Positions 1-10,189 of a DNA stretch of 64,000 nucleotides are shown here, piece after piece. Position numbers and translations under genes: made by a program. The stretch covers positions 339,880-403,879 of the forward strand of contig CAWCSP010000004.1 of the NCBI GenBank assembly GCA_963798215.1. Reading direction: 5' to 3'. The notes beneath the pieces were generated by a model. The model saw only the letters and a list, made by a program, of their open reading frames with translations. It had not been told where the DNA came from and did not search any database. Position 1 is the first letter of the stretch. Each line of letters starts with the position of its first letter. Source of the DNA: an uncultured Acidobacteriota bacterium (GTDB lineage Bacteria; Acidobacteriota; Thermoanaerobaculia; UBA5066).

Positions 1-2
1 AC

Positions 3-1292
3 AACCTCCACCGCAACATCGTCTTCCGCGACAACGGCGACAAGGCCAGTCAGGTCGAGCCGTTCACCGTCTACCCGCCATACGGCAGCGACAACCCCGT
101 CGACCTCTGGAAGTGGATGGACGCCTACGAGAAGAAGACCGGCGGCAACGTCCTTGCCATTCCGCACAACGGCAACCTCAGCAACGGCCAGATGTTCCCC
201 ATGGTCGAGGCCTTCGGGAAGAAGATCGACCGCGAGTACGCCGAGACGCGCGCGAAGTGGGAGCGCCTCTATGAGGCCACGCAGACGAAGGGGACCGGCG
301 AGTCGCACCCGTTCCTGTCGCCGAACGACGAGTTCGCCGACTTCGAGATCTGGGACAAGGGCAACCTCGACCTGAGCGTCGCGAAGAAGAAGGAGATGCT
401 CGAGTACGAGTACGCCCGGTCGGCGCTAAAGAACGGCCTGAAGCTCGAGCAGCAGCTCGGCGTCAACCCGTACAAGTTCGGGATGATCAGCGGCAGCGAC
501 GCGCACACGGGCCTCGCGGCCATGGAAGAGGACAACTTCTTCGGCAAGACGGCGCCTCAGGAGCCGAGCCCGGAGCGCATGACTGCCACCTTCGTTCACA
601 ACAAGAAGAACGGTCTCATGATCATGGACTGGGAGGTCGGCGCCTCGGGCTATGGCGCCGTGTGGGCGACCGAGAACACCCGTGAAGCGATCTGGGACGC
701 CATGCAGCGTCGGGAGACCTACTCGACCACTGGCACGCGCATGGCCGTGCGCTTCTTCGGAGGCTGGGACTTCGAGGCGAAGGACGCGCACGACCGGATG
801 CCCGCGAGGGTCGGCTACGCCAAGGGAGTCCCCATGGGCGGCGACCTGAAGAAGGCCCCCGCGGGAAAGGCTCCCACGTTCCTCGCGGCCGCCCTCAAGG
901 ACCCGATCGGCGCCAACCTCGACCGGATCCAGATCGTCAAGGGCTGGATGGACGCAAAGGGCGAGCTGCACGAGAAGGTCCACGACGTCGCGTGGTCGGG
1001 CAACCGCAAGCCCGACCCGGAGACCGGCAAGGTGCCGTCGGTGGGCAGCACGGTCGACGTCGCGAACGCGACGTGGACCAACACGATCGGCGCGCCCGAG
1101 CTCATCGCGGTCTGGAAGGACTCCTCGTTCGACCCCGCCCAGCGCGCCTTCTACTACGTCCGCGTGATCGAGATCCCGACGCCGCGCTGGACGGCGTACG
1201 ACGCGACGCGCTTCGGCACGAAGGCGCTTCCCGGGACCCGCATGACGATCACCGAGCGGGCCTACACGTCGCCGATCTGGTACACGCCGTAG
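3..1292 (+). CDS. DUF3604 domain protein (5' partial)
   Basis: Frame is open from the window edge (NLHRNIVFRD...). Motifs IPHNGNLSNG, GSDAHTG, YYVRVIEIPTPRW and ERAYTSPIWY are typical of DUF3604. Confidence 0.85.
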   Translation, partial: NLHRNIVFRDNGDKASQVEPFTVYPPYGSDNPVDLWKWMDAYEKKTGGNVLAIPHNGNLSNGQMFPMVEAFGKKIDREYAETRAKWERLYEATQTKGTGESHPFLSPNDEFADFEIWDKGNLDLSVAKKKEMLEYEYARSALKNGLKLEQQLGVNPYKFGMISGSDAHTGLAAMEEDNFFGKTAPQEPSPERMTATFVHNKKNGLMIMDWEVGASGYGAVWATENTREAIWDAMQRRETYSTTGTRMAVRFFGGWDFEAKDAHDRMPARVGYAKGVPMGGDLKKAPAGKAPTFLAAALKDPIGANLDRIQIVKGWMDAKGELHEKVHDVAWSGNRKPDPETGKVPSVGSTVDVANATWTNTIGAPELIAVWKDSSFDPAQRAFYYVRVIEIPTPRWTAYDATRFGTKALPGTRMTITERAYTSPIWYTP

Positions 1293-1303
1293 GCGGAGAC
1301 GAA

Positions 1304-1335
1304 GAAGGCGGGGGCGCCGGAGCGCCCCCGCCTTC
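1304..1335. terminator. GC-rich hairpin between convergent genes (probable bidirectional terminator)
   Basis: GAAGGCGGGGGCGC-CGGA-GCGCCCCCGCCTTC, perfect 14-bp stem. Confidence 0.7.
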
Positions 1336-1356
1336 GTGAATCCGGGGCGGGCTTCC

Positions 1357-1908
1357 TCAGCCCTTCTTGGGAGCCTCGCCGATCTTCACGAGGTCGACGA
1401 CGGTCTTGACGCCCTCGACGCCGCCGGCGGCCTTCAGCGCGAGGTCCTTGCGGCCCTGGTCCGGGAGCGTGCCGCGCACGGAGCACGTGGAGCCCGTGCA
1501 CTCGACGTACAGCCCCTTGTAGTGCGCGCCGACCTCGCCCTTGACCTTCGAGCGGACCGCCTTCTCGAGCTTGCTGTCGGCCATCTCCTTTTTGGTCTTG
1601 CCCGCGAAGATGCCTTTCTCGTTCTTCGCCTTGACCTGGTTGTCGATCTTCTTGACGTCCGCGTACTTGAGGACCTCGTCGGCCAGCTCCTGCGTGGCGC
1701 GGAGAGTCACCTCGCCGGTCAGGGTGACCTTCTCGCCCACGACCGTCACGTGGATCGTCCCGGCGTCGGGGCCGAGCTTCTCGTTGAGGAGCTTCGTGAG
1801 GGCGGCTTCCTTGTCGGCGTTGGCCGCCTTCGCGTCGGCGGCGAAAGCGGGGACGGCCGCGAGGGCCGCGGCCAGGCAGAGACCGGTGAGAACGATGCGC
1901 AGTTTCAT
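1357..1908 (-). CDS. Secreted BON-domain protein (two BON domains)
   Basis: Signal peptide ending AFA, then two BON-like repeats (VTLTGEV...VKKIDNQV; VRGTL...VEGVKTVVDLV). AAGGAG RBS upstream. Confidence 0.85.
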   Translation of the reverse strand: MKLRIVLTGLCLAAALAAVPAFAADAKAANADKEAALTKLLNEKLGPDAGTIHVTVVGEKVTLTGEVTLRATQELADEVLKYADVKKIDNQVKAKNEKGIFAGKTKKEMADSKLEKAVRSKVKGEVGAHYKGLYVECTGSTCSVRGTLPDQGRKDLALKAAGGVEGVKTVVDLVKIGEAPKKG

Positions 1909-1940
1909 GAGACGTCTCCTTTTACGCCCCCTACTATACG

Positions 1941-1974
1941 AAGAAAAGAAAACGGGGGCGACGGAGCGCCCCCG
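1941..1974 (-). terminator. Rho-independent terminator of the fdh operon
   Basis: On the minus strand, CGGGGGCG-CTCCGT-CGCCCCCG is followed by TTTTCTTTTCTT, just downstream of the gamma subunit stop. Confidence 0.75.
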
Positions 1975-2002
1975 CGGATGAAACCCTCCTGCCGGCGAGG
2001 GA

Positions 2003-2698
2003 TTACTTCTTCTCGATTCCCATGAGCTCGCGGTACCAGCGCGGATGGTGGAGTCGCGCCCAGGCCTTCGTGACGGTGCCCCGCGTCATCGAGCCGAACG
2101 TTCCGGGCTCGGCCGCCGTTCCGAGGTAGATGTGAAAGACGATCGTAACGGCGAACATGACGAACGTGACGTCGTGAAGCAGGATCGCGATCGTCCGGAC
2201 GAAATGCGGGAAGGAGAGCGGGAACCAGAGGACGACGCCCGACACGAGAAGGCCGAGCGCCGCGAGCGCCGACGTGAAGAAGAAGATCTTCTGGCCGCCG
2301 TTGTACTTGCCGACGTCGGAGTCGTCGGTCTGGTAGCGCATGTACGTGAAGAGCTTCGGGCCGATCCAGCTCCTCTCGTCGGGCCGGAGCTCCATCTCGG
2401 AGAACCAGGCGACGAGCATGACGAGGGACGCGAGAGAGAACGCGATGCCGGCCCAGGGGTGCAGCCAGCGGCACACGTTCAGGCCTCCGAGAAGGGGCGC
2501 CATCCACCCGAAGAGGGGCGTCCAGATCGGCATCCCGGAGAGCAGGCAGACGACGAAGGTGACGGCGACGCTCCAGTGGATGACGCGCGAAGAGAGACGG
2601 TGGCGGATGATCTCGTTCCCGACGACGACGTTTTCGCTGTCGCGGGCCACGACGACCGCCTCGTCCATCGCGCGGTCGCGAATCGGGGCAGCGCTCAT
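2003..2698 (-). CDS. fdnI: Formate dehydrogenase gamma subunit (cytochrome b556)
   Basis: HWSVA, CRWLHPWAG, GKYNGGQK, HIYLG and WARLHHPRWY motifs, 4 TM segments, third gene of the operon. Confidence 0.93.
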   Translation of the reverse strand: MSAAPIRDRAMDEAVVVARDSENVVVGNEIIRHRLSSRVIHWSVAVTFVVCLLSGMPIWTPLFGWMAPLLGGLNVCRWLHPWAGIAFSLASLVMLVAWFSEMELRPDERSWIGPKLFTYMRYQTDDSDVGKYNGGQKIFFFTSALAALGLLVSGVVLWFPLSFPHFVRTIAILLHDVTFVMFAVTIVFHIYLGTAAEPGTFGSMTRGTVTKAWARLHHPRWYRELMGIEKK

Positions 2699-2723
2699 GT
2701 TGCCTCCTCTTTCTCTCTTCCGC

Positions 2724-3620
2724 TCACGCCGGCGGCAGGTTGGATTCGGAGTCCGCGGCCCCCTTCACTTCCTTCTTGCCGAAGTTCAGGTAGTGACCGA
2801 AGGCGCCGACGACCGCCCCGACGACCGCGATGAGCCCGAGGGGACGGACGACGTTCTTCCAGAACCGCATGGCGATCGGGACGCGCGGGTCCCGGGCGAG
2901 GCCGCCGTACCACTCGGGGTGGTCCCCATGGGCGAGAACGGTGACGACGCCCGTGCCCCCGACGCCCTTCGGGTCGTAGAGCGCGGCGTTCGGGAATCCG
3001 TTCGCCTTGAGCTGCTCGACGCGATGGTTTCCGAGCGCGACCATGTCGTCCTTCGTCCCGAAGTGGAGGCAGCCCGTCGGGCAGGCCTTGATGCACGCGG
3101 GCTCGAGGCCCACCGAGACCCGGTCGACGCACAACGTGCACTTCGCCATCTTCCCCGTGGCGGCGTGGAACTTCGGGACGTCGAACGGGCAGCCGGTCGC
3201 GCAGTAGCCGCAGCCGATGCACTGCTCGGGGTTCACGTCCACGATGCCGTTCGCGTACTGCACGATCGCGCCGGGCGCCGGGCACGCCTCGAGGCATCCG
3301 GGCTCGGCGCAGTGCATGCACTGGTCCTTGCGCATGAGCCACATGAGGCCGCCTTCGACCTCGTGTTCGTTGAAGCGGATGAGGTTCCAGAAGGAGGGGT
3401 CGAGCGTCGGCAGGGTCTGGTACGTGCCGGTCTGGGCGGTCGGGACGACCTTCAGGTCGTTCCATTCCTGGCAGGCGACCTCGCAGGCCTTGCAGCCGAT
3501 GCAGGTCGAGGTGTCGATGTACTTGGAGACGGCCGGCAGGCTGCGCAGGCCGTTCGCGTTTCCGGACGAGAGGATGCCCGAGGCGGAGGAGCGGGAGATT
3601 TCGAGGTTCTGCACGCTCAT
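2724..3620 (-). CDS. fdnH: Formate dehydrogenase beta (Fe-S) subunit
   Basis: CIGCKACEVAC, CMHC..PGC..ACP, CIGCGYC..GCP and KCTLC...PAC..ACP motifs, with a C-terminal TM anchor. Confidence 0.95.
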   Translation of the reverse strand: MSVQNLEISRSSASGILSSGNANGLRSLPAVSKYIDTSTCIGCKACEVACQEWNDLKVVPTAQTGTYQTLPTLDPSFWNLIRFNEHEVEGGLMWLMRKDQCMHCAEPGCLEACPAPGAIVQYANGIVDVNPEQCIGCGYCATGCPFDVPKFHAATGKMAKCTLCVDRVSVGLEPACIKACPTGCLHFGTKDDMVALGNHRVEQLKANGFPNAALYDPKGVGGTGVVTVLAHGDHPEWYGGLARDPRVPIAMRFWKNVVRPLGLIAVVGAVVGAFGHYLNFGKKEVKGAADSESNLPPA

Positions 3621-3630
3621 GGCCGTCCCC

Positions 3631-6600
3631 TCACGCCTTCTCGAGCGTCACGAGGAAGCTCTTGTATTCCGGCGTCCACGTGTTCGGGTCGGTGATCGTC
3701 GGGGTGAGCGTGTTCGCGAGCGTTCCCGTGTGGCCCGGCTCGCCCGCGTATCCCCAGTGCAGCGGGAAACCGATCTGCCAGAGGGGCTTGCCGTCCACGT
3801 GCGTGGCCTTCAGGCGCTTCGTCACCATCGCGACTCCTTCGAGAGAGCCGCGGGCGGACGTGATCTTCACCTTGCTCCCGTTCGCGATTCCCTTCTCCTT
3901 CGCGAGCTCCTCGGGAATCTCGATGAACTGTCCCGGCTGGAGCATGTTCAGGCGGTCGAGGTGCTGGGTCCAGTAGTGGTACATCTCCGTGAGACGGTAC
4001 GTCGTGCACACGATCGGGAACTTGTCCCGCGTCCCATAGACGTCGAGATCCGACTTGAATTTCGGGAGGACCGGGTTCGACGTGACCTTCGGGTGGAGCA
4101 GGTTGTCGCACGCCGCCTCGAAGGCCTCGTAGTGCTCGGGGAATGGTCCGTCGTTCAGGACCGGCGCGTAGAGGCGCGCGACACCCTCGGGAAGCATGAT
4201 GAATGCGCCGAACGTGCCCGGAGGCGCGTCAGGCTTCATGTCGGGAACGTCGCCCACCCACTTCTCGCCGTTCCACTTGATCCCGGCGCGCGTCGGATCC
4301 CAGGGATTGCCGTCCTTGTCCGCGGACGCGCGGTTGTACATGACACGGCGGTTCGCGGGCCAGGAGAAGGCCCACTGGTGGAACATCCCGAGGCCCAGCG
4401 GGTCCGCGTTGTTGCGCCGCTGGGTCATGTTCCCGGCCTCCGTGTAGGCGCCCGACATGAGCCAGTTTCCGCACATCGTCGAGCCGTCGTCCTGGAGCTG
4501 TGCGAAACCGTCGAGCTGCTGGCCGGCGGCCTTGACGAGCTTCGTCTTGTCCTTCGGGTCGTGGATGTCCTCGAGCGCCTTCCCGTTCAGCTCCCGCAGC
4601 ACCTCGGCGAGGTCCGGGGAGACCGGGTTCGTGTAGGCCCACGAGACGTTCGCGATCTGCTCGGGGAGGGCGCCGCCCTCCTTCCGGTAGAGGTCGCGCA
4701 CCGCGAGGAAGATCCTTGCGAGGATCTCCTGGTCCATCTTCGCCTGACCGGGCGGGTCGAGCGCCTTCCACTTCCACTGGATCCAGCGCGCCGAGTTCGT
4801 GAACGAGCCGTCCTTCTCGGCGAAGTTGCTCGCCGGAAGAAGGAAGACTTCGGTCTGGATCTTGGACGGGTCGGCCCCGCCGTATTCCTTCGGGGCTTTC
4901 CAGAAAGTCGAGGTCTCGACCTCGTGGTTCTCGACGACGACGAGCCACTTGAGCTTCGAGTGGGCGCCGATCATCTTCTTGACGTTCGGTCCGATGCCGA
5001 CCGGATTCATCCCGAAGGTGATGAGCCCTTCGGGGCCGGGCTCCTTCCCTCCGGCCCGCATCGACGAGCCGCGGTACATGTCGTCGAAGATGTACATCCA
5101 GGAATAGTTCCCGTCGATCTTCGGCATCCATCCGTACCCGAAGTCGTTCTCCCTGGCGGCCGCCTTGCCGTACAGCCCCTTCAGGAGGGAGACCATGAAC
5201 TTCGGGTAGTTCTGCCAGTAGTTCATGCTCGCCCATGCCTGCTTCCCGAGCGTCGTGGGCGTCGCCGCCTCCAGGTATTCCTTCAACGTCTGCGCGTCGG
5301 AGGCCGGGGTCTTGAGGTACCCGGGGAGGATGTCGAAGACGCCCGCGGTGTCGGTGGCGCCCTGGATGTTCGAGTGGCCGCGGAGCGCGTTGACGCCGCC
5401 GCCGGGCCTCCCGACGTTCCCGAGCAGGAGCTGGAGCATGGCGGCCGTGCGGATCATCTGGACGCCCACGGAGTGCTGCGTCCAGCCAAGGGCGTACATG
5501 ACCGTGCCGACCCGCTGCGCGTTCCCGGTCGAGGTCACGGCCTCGGCGACCTTGAGGAAAGTCTCTTTCGGCGTCCCGCAGATCCGCTCGACCATCTCCG
5601 GCGTGTAGCGGTCGACGTGTTTTTTCAGGAGCTGGAAGACGCAGCGCGGGTTCTCGAGCGTCGGATCCGTGGAATACGTCTTCGTCTTCGGATCCGCCTC
5701 GTAGCCCCATGCCGTCTTGTCGTAGGAGCTCTTGGCGGCGTCGAACCCGGTGAAGAGGCCGTCCGCGAAGCCGAACTTCTCTCCCACGAGGTAGGGCGCG
5801 TTCGTGTGGATTCTGACGTAGTCCTCGTGAAACCTCTTCTTGTCGATCGCGTACCGGATGATTCCGAGGAGGTACGCGATGTCGGTCCCGACGCGAATCG
5901 GCGAATAGATGTCCGCGACCGCCGCGGTCCGCGTGAACCTCGGGTCGACGACGACGATCTTCGCGTTACGGGTCTTCTTGGCCTCGATCGCCCACTTGAA
6001 GCCGCAGGGATGGTTCTCGGCGGGGTTCCCGCCCATGCAGAGGACGATGTCGGCGTTCTTGATGTCGACCCATCCGTTCGTCATCGCTCCGCGTCCGAAC
6101 GTGGCGGCCAGACTGGCCACCGTCGGTCCGTGTCATACCCGGGCCTGGGTGTCCCGGTAGGGCACCCCCCACGCGGACGCGCTCTTCCAGTAGAGGTAGT
6201 TGAACTCGGTCGTGTCCGTGCAGCCGCCGATCATCGCCATTCCGGGGTTCCGGTTCACGACCTGCCCCTTCGCGTTCTTGGCGACGAAGCACCGGTCGCG
6301 CGTGTCCTTGATATGGCGGGCGATCTTCGAGATCGCCTCGTCCCAGGAGATGTCCTCCCACTTGTCCGAGCCCGGCTTTCTCACCTGCGGCTTCAGGAGG
6401 CGGTTCGCGCTGTTGATGTCGTCCTTCACCGTGGTGCCCTTTGGACAGAGCGTTCCGCGGTTGATCGGATGGTCGGGATCGCCCTCGACGTGGACGACCG
6501 CGGCCGTGGCGTTCTTCGCCTTGTCCCCCAGCGTGTGGATGATCAGTCCGCACGAGACCGCGCAGTATGGACAGGTACTGCGGGTTTCCGTCGTGCGCGA

Positions 6601-6708
6601 GATCTTGAACTCGCGCATTTCGGCGCGGGCCTCGTGGAGGTCGAAGCCGAGAGCAATGGCTCCGCCCGCCGTGCCCGCTTTCAGGAAGGTTCTCCGCGTA
6701 AGGCCCAT
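3631..6708 (-). CDS. fdnG: Formate dehydrogenase-N/O alpha subunit, selenocysteine-containing (UGA at 6133-6135)
   Basis: Tat signal MGLTRRTFLK and CPYCAVSCG...LCPKG. The two track ORFs join in frame as QARV-[UGA]-HGPTVASLAATFGRGAMTN, the canonical FdnG/FdoG Sec context. Confidence 0.95.
6095..6132 (-). promoter_or_regulatory. Bacterial SECIS element
   Basis: Apical hairpin GGUGGCC-AGUCU-GGCCGCC (6103-6121) begins 11 nt after the in-frame UGA and has GU in the loop, as in E. coli fdnG/fdhF. Confidence 0.85.
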
Positions 6709-6937
6709 GGCCGCCCCTCCTTCTGTTTCGTCCGGGGCCCTAGCAGAACTCCGGAAGGGGGCGGCTGTCAAGACTCGTTCTCAGGAGCGTTTACGCGCCG
6801 CCGAGCGCCTGAAATTTCTTCGGCCTCGATCTTGCTCCCGACGAACCGGTAGGCGACCGCGAACGCTGTCCCTTGCAGCATTTGCCCATCGAGGGCCGCC
6901 GCGTCTCGCGCGCGCCTCCCGAAAAAGGAGAAACGTC

Positions 6938-7468
6938 ATGAAGAGCAAAGCGGCGATCGGAAATCATCCCGTCCACCCCGCGCTGGTCTCGCTGCCGATC
7001 GGCGCCTTCTTCCTCGTGTTCGTCGGCGACGTCGCGCATGCGAGCACCGGCGCCGATTTCTGGTACGCGTTCTCGTTCGTCTGCCTGGGCGTCGGCATCG
7101 TGACGGCCCTCGTCGCCGCGATCGCGGGCTTCATTGACTACTTCGGCGTGCGGATGAGCGACGCCGGTTTCCGGATCGCGCGGATCCACATGGTGCTCAA
7201 TCTGACGGGAGTCGTCCTTTACACGATCAACTGGTTTCTGCGGCGGGGAAACGGAGCCCTCCATACGTCGCGGTGGGACCTCGTCTTCGGCCTCGAGGTC
7301 GTCACGTTCCTCGCTCTGGGTGTCTCGGGCTGGCTGGGCGGACGAGTCACGTTCGAGCACAAAGTCGGCGTCGTCGAGAACGCGGACCCGGAGGCGATGG
7401 AGATCGGCCGCCGGGAGACTTCGGTCAAGGCGCCGGTGCGGGATAACGCAGCGCCCCATCCGGCATGA
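6938..7468 (+). CDS. DUF2231 membrane protein
   Basis: HPVHPALVSLPIG, AIAGFID, HMVLN and GWLGG..F.H motifs. AAGGAG RBS before ATG 6938. Confidence 0.85.
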   Translation: MKSKAAIGNHPVHPALVSLPIGAFFLVFVGDVAHASTGADFWYAFSFVCLGVGIVTALVAAIAGFIDYFGVRMSDAGFRIARIHMVLNLTGVVLYTINWFLRRGNGALHTSRWDLVFGLEVVTFLALGVSGWLGGRVTFEHKVGVVENADPEAMEIGRRETSVKAPVRDNAAPHPA

Positions 7469-7976
7469 CGAAGGCGCCGGGTGTGAGGGTGGCCGGGACG
7501 ACCTGGTCAGGCCCCATGATGTGCTCGACCCGCATCCCGCCCGCCAGCAGGTAGTCCGTGATGATCCGGCGATGGCAGCGCCACCACACGGCCTCCGCGC
7601 ACATGATCGCGCAGCGGGTGTCGTGCGCGAGGGAGCGCAGCGCGTCGAGCCCGGCGCGGAATTCGGGGGTCTCGGCGTAGTCCGCGTAACTGCGGAACGC
7701 GGCCACGCGCCAGTACGCGTTGAGGGACGGCGGCGCGCCCTTCCGACGATGCCTTCGGCCGCCGAGCGCGGCGAGATGCCGGTAGGCGATTCCCTCGGCG
7801 GCGAGGGACTCCGGCAGAGTTTCCGCGTTGAACTGCGGCGTCGTCCTCGAGCGGGGAATGGAGCGCACGTCCACGAGCAGCGTGACGTCGACCTGCCACA
7901 GAAGAGACACGAACGCGGCGATGGTCCGCGTGGAGTGGCCGATGGTGAAAACGGGATGGCTCGTGAGGGAACTCAG
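7425..7976 (-). CDS. DUF488 family protein (start uncertain, possibly CTG)
   Basis: FTIGHSTR, LVDVRSIPRSR, LGGRR and MCAEAVWWRCHRRII motifs. No nearby ATG/GTG/TTG; a CTG overlaps the upstream TGA. Confidence 0.8.
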   Translation of the reverse strand: MSSLTSHPVFTIGHSTRTIAAFVSLLWQVDVTLLVDVRSIPRSRTTPQFNAETLPESLAAEGIAYRHLAALGGRRHRRKGAPPSLNAYWRVAAFRSYADYAETPEFRAGLDALRSLAHDTRCAIMCAEAVWWRCHRRIITDYLLAGGMRVEHIMGPDQVVPATLTPGAFVMPDGALRYPAPAP

Positions 7977-9598
7977 ATGTTGGCCAGCTCGCCGAAGTAC
8001 TCGTGGTCCTCGGCGAAGCCGCCTTCCCCTTTTCCGATCGTCCGAACGTCCTCGACGAACTCGATGGCGCTGATCCACTTGACCATCTTGAAGCCGAGCT
8101 GGTTCTCGACGCGGAGCCGCAGTGGCGCCCCGTGCAGACGGTGGAGCGGCCGGCCGTTCATCTCCCAGGCGAGCAGCGTTAGAGGATGGAAGGCGCTGTC
8201 GATCGACAGGCTGTCGTAGTACGGGCCGGCCACCTGTCCCGTCGTGAAATCGATCCCGTCGCCGAACGAATGGAAGACGACGCTCCGGGCCTCGGGCCTG
8301 GGGCGGACCAGCTTCATGAGGTCCGCCAGCCGAAGTCCGCCCCACTCGGCGATGCCGGACCAGCCCTGGATGCAGTGGTGCAGGGTGATCTGTGTCTTCT
8401 TGCCGAGCTTCTCGAGGTCGCCCAGGGAGAGCTCGACGGGATGCTCCACGAGACCGTGCACGCGGAGCCGGTAGTCTCTGAAGCCGCCGGCCTCGAGCGA
8501 GGTCCATTCCGGGGACGTCGGCATCTTCCCGTTGATCCAGAAGAAGGGAGAAATGTCGCCGCGGCCGAACTGCGCCACCGGCGCCGGACTGTCGAGCACC
8601 ATCCGCATGACCGGGGTGACGATCGTCTCCGCGGCATGCTGGACCTCCCGCGGGCGTCGCCACGCCGCCCAGTTGGCGAGCCCGTTTGCCACGACGACCG
8701 CCGCGATGCCGGCGAGGCCGAGTATCAGACCGGCCGGACTCGCGTCGTCGGACCCCCGCACGACGTGGTTCATGTTCCGGACGAGTCCGGTCATCGCCAC
8801 CATCGAGACGTGGCCGAGGATGAAGAGCACGAATGCGCACATGACGACGAAGTGGATCGACCGGCCGACCTGCCGGTTGCCCGGCAGGAACGGATACCAC
8901 CCGAACCGGTTCGTCAAGGCCGGCGACATCGAGGGACCGGTCAGGATGGCGAGCGGCGCAAGGATGAACACGACCGAGAAGTACGCGAGCTGCTGGAGCG
9001 CGTTGTACTGGAAGAAACCGTTCGGCTCCGGCGGACGGTGGAACGTGGCGTAATGGACGAAGACGGCCCAGGCTTCGGGCACGACGCTCCAGGTCGTGGG
9101 CACCAGGCGCTTCCACTGATCCGTAACGAACAGCAGAACGAGGAACACGAGACCGTTGCCCACCCAGAAGAGGACGCTGAGGAAGTGCCAGTGCCGGGCC
9201 ATTCCGACCGTATGGCGATAACCGGGAAGGCCGATCCACGGCGAGAGGTGGCGCGAGTCGTCCTTGGCCGTCCACACGCGGTCATGCGGCACCTCGACCG
9301 GCGTCAATCGAAGCCACTCGGTCCCGGGGGTGCAGTGGACGTTCCCGTAGAGCCGGGGGTGGTCCATGAGGATCTGCAGGCCGCTCCGGATGAGCAGCAC
9401 GAGGAACAGGAAGTTGACGTAGTGGGTGATCCGGAGCCACGCGGGAAAGCCGACGGGCCCGACGGCCGTTTCCGGCGCCGGCCCGAATCCGGACGCCAGG
9501 TGTGGAAGGCCGGCCAGTCCCCACTGGAGCCAGGCGGCGGCAACGAGGAGCAGGACGGGAGAAAGGAACAGCAGGAGAGCCTTCGGCCGGATGCGCAT
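7973..9598 (-). CDS. Cytochrome b membrane domain fused to sulfite-oxidase/MsrP-like molybdopterin oxidoreductase
   Basis: N-terminal RITHYVN, RHWHF and YNALQQLAY (cyt b). C-terminal HHCIQGWS and HGAPLRLRVENQLGFKMVKWI (Mo domain). Confidence 0.85.
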   Translation of the reverse strand: MRIRPKALLLFLSPVLLLVAAAWLQWGLAGLPHLASGFGPAPETAVGPVGFPAWLRITHYVNFLFLVLLIRSGLQILMDHPRLYGNVHCTPGTEWLRLTPVEVPHDRVWTAKDDSRHLSPWIGLPGYRHTVGMARHWHFLSVLFWVGNGLVFLVLLFVTDQWKRLVPTTWSVVPEAWAVFVHYATFHRPPEPNGFFQYNALQQLAYFSVVFILAPLAILTGPSMSPALTNRFGWYPFLPGNRQVGRSIHFVVMCAFVLFILGHVSMVAMTGLVRNMNHVVRGSDDASPAGLILGLAGIAAVVVANGLANWAAWRRPREVQHAAETIVTPVMRMVLDSPAPVAQFGRGDISPFFWINGKMPTSPEWTSLEAGGFRDYRLRVHGLVEHPVELSLGDLEKLGKKTQITLHHCIQGWSGIAEWGGLRLADLMKLVRPRPEARSVVFHSFGDGIDFTTGQVAGPYYDSLSIDSAFHPLTLLAWEMNGRPLHRLHGAPLRLRVENQLGFKMVKWISAIEFVEDVRTIGKGEGGFAEDHEYFGELANI

Positions 9599-9698
9599 CG
9601 CGTCGTCGTTCGGGAATGAAAGAACTTCTTCCCGCCGGTCCTACGCATTCCTCGTGCCCGGGGACGCTCCGGTTCGCGCCCGGGAGGGTCCGTACGTG

Positions 9699-10163
9699 TC
9701 AGCCGGTCGCCTTCGCGGGGGGCTGGTACGAGCCCGGCTCGGTCCGGAACGCGATCGAAAGCCGGTTCCAGCCGTTGATCACGACGACGGCGAGCGTCAG
9801 GTCCGCGGCCTCCTTTTCCGAGAAGTGCCGCCGAAGCTCCTCCCAGTCCGCGTCGGGGACGCCCGAGCGCGCGACGTCCGTCACCGCCTCCGCCCAGGCG
9901 AGCGCGGCGCGCTCCTTCGGCGTGAAGAACGGCGTCTCGCGCCAGACGGGGACCGCGTAGAGCCGCTGCTCGGTCTCCCCGGCCGTGCGGGCGTCTTTCG
10001 TGTGCATGTCGACGCAATAGGCGCAGCCGTTGAGGTACGAAGCCTGCAGCTTCACCAGCTCGACGATCCTCTTCGGCAGTCCCGACTGCCGCACGTACGA
10101 CTCGAGCCCGAGCATCGCCTGATACGCGCCGGGCGCCACCTTCGCCACCTCGATCCGTTCCAT
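9699..10163 (-). CDS. AhpD-like / carboxymuconolactone decarboxylase family protein
   Basis: ELVKLQASYLNGCAYCVDMH, WRETPFFTPKERAALAWAE and INGWNRL motifs. GGAGG RBS. Confidence 0.9.
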   Translation of the reverse strand: MERIEVAKVAPGAYQAMLGLESYVRQSGLPKRIVELVKLQASYLNGCAYCVDMHTKDARTAGETEQRLYAVPVWRETPFFTPKERAALAWAEAVTDVARSGVPDADWEELRRHFSEKEAADLTLAVVVINGWNRLSIAFRTEPGSYQPPAKATG

Positions 10164-10189
10164 GTGTGCCTCCCCGAAATGGTGCCGCG

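Noticed and set aside
3631-6771. fdnG split into two ORFs, suggesting a pseudogene
   Set aside because: The break is an in-frame UGA at the conserved Sec position with a SECIS hairpin.
3217-6852. 1211-aa plus-strand ORF
   Set aside because: Antisense shadow of fdnGH in high-GC DNA, with no motifs.
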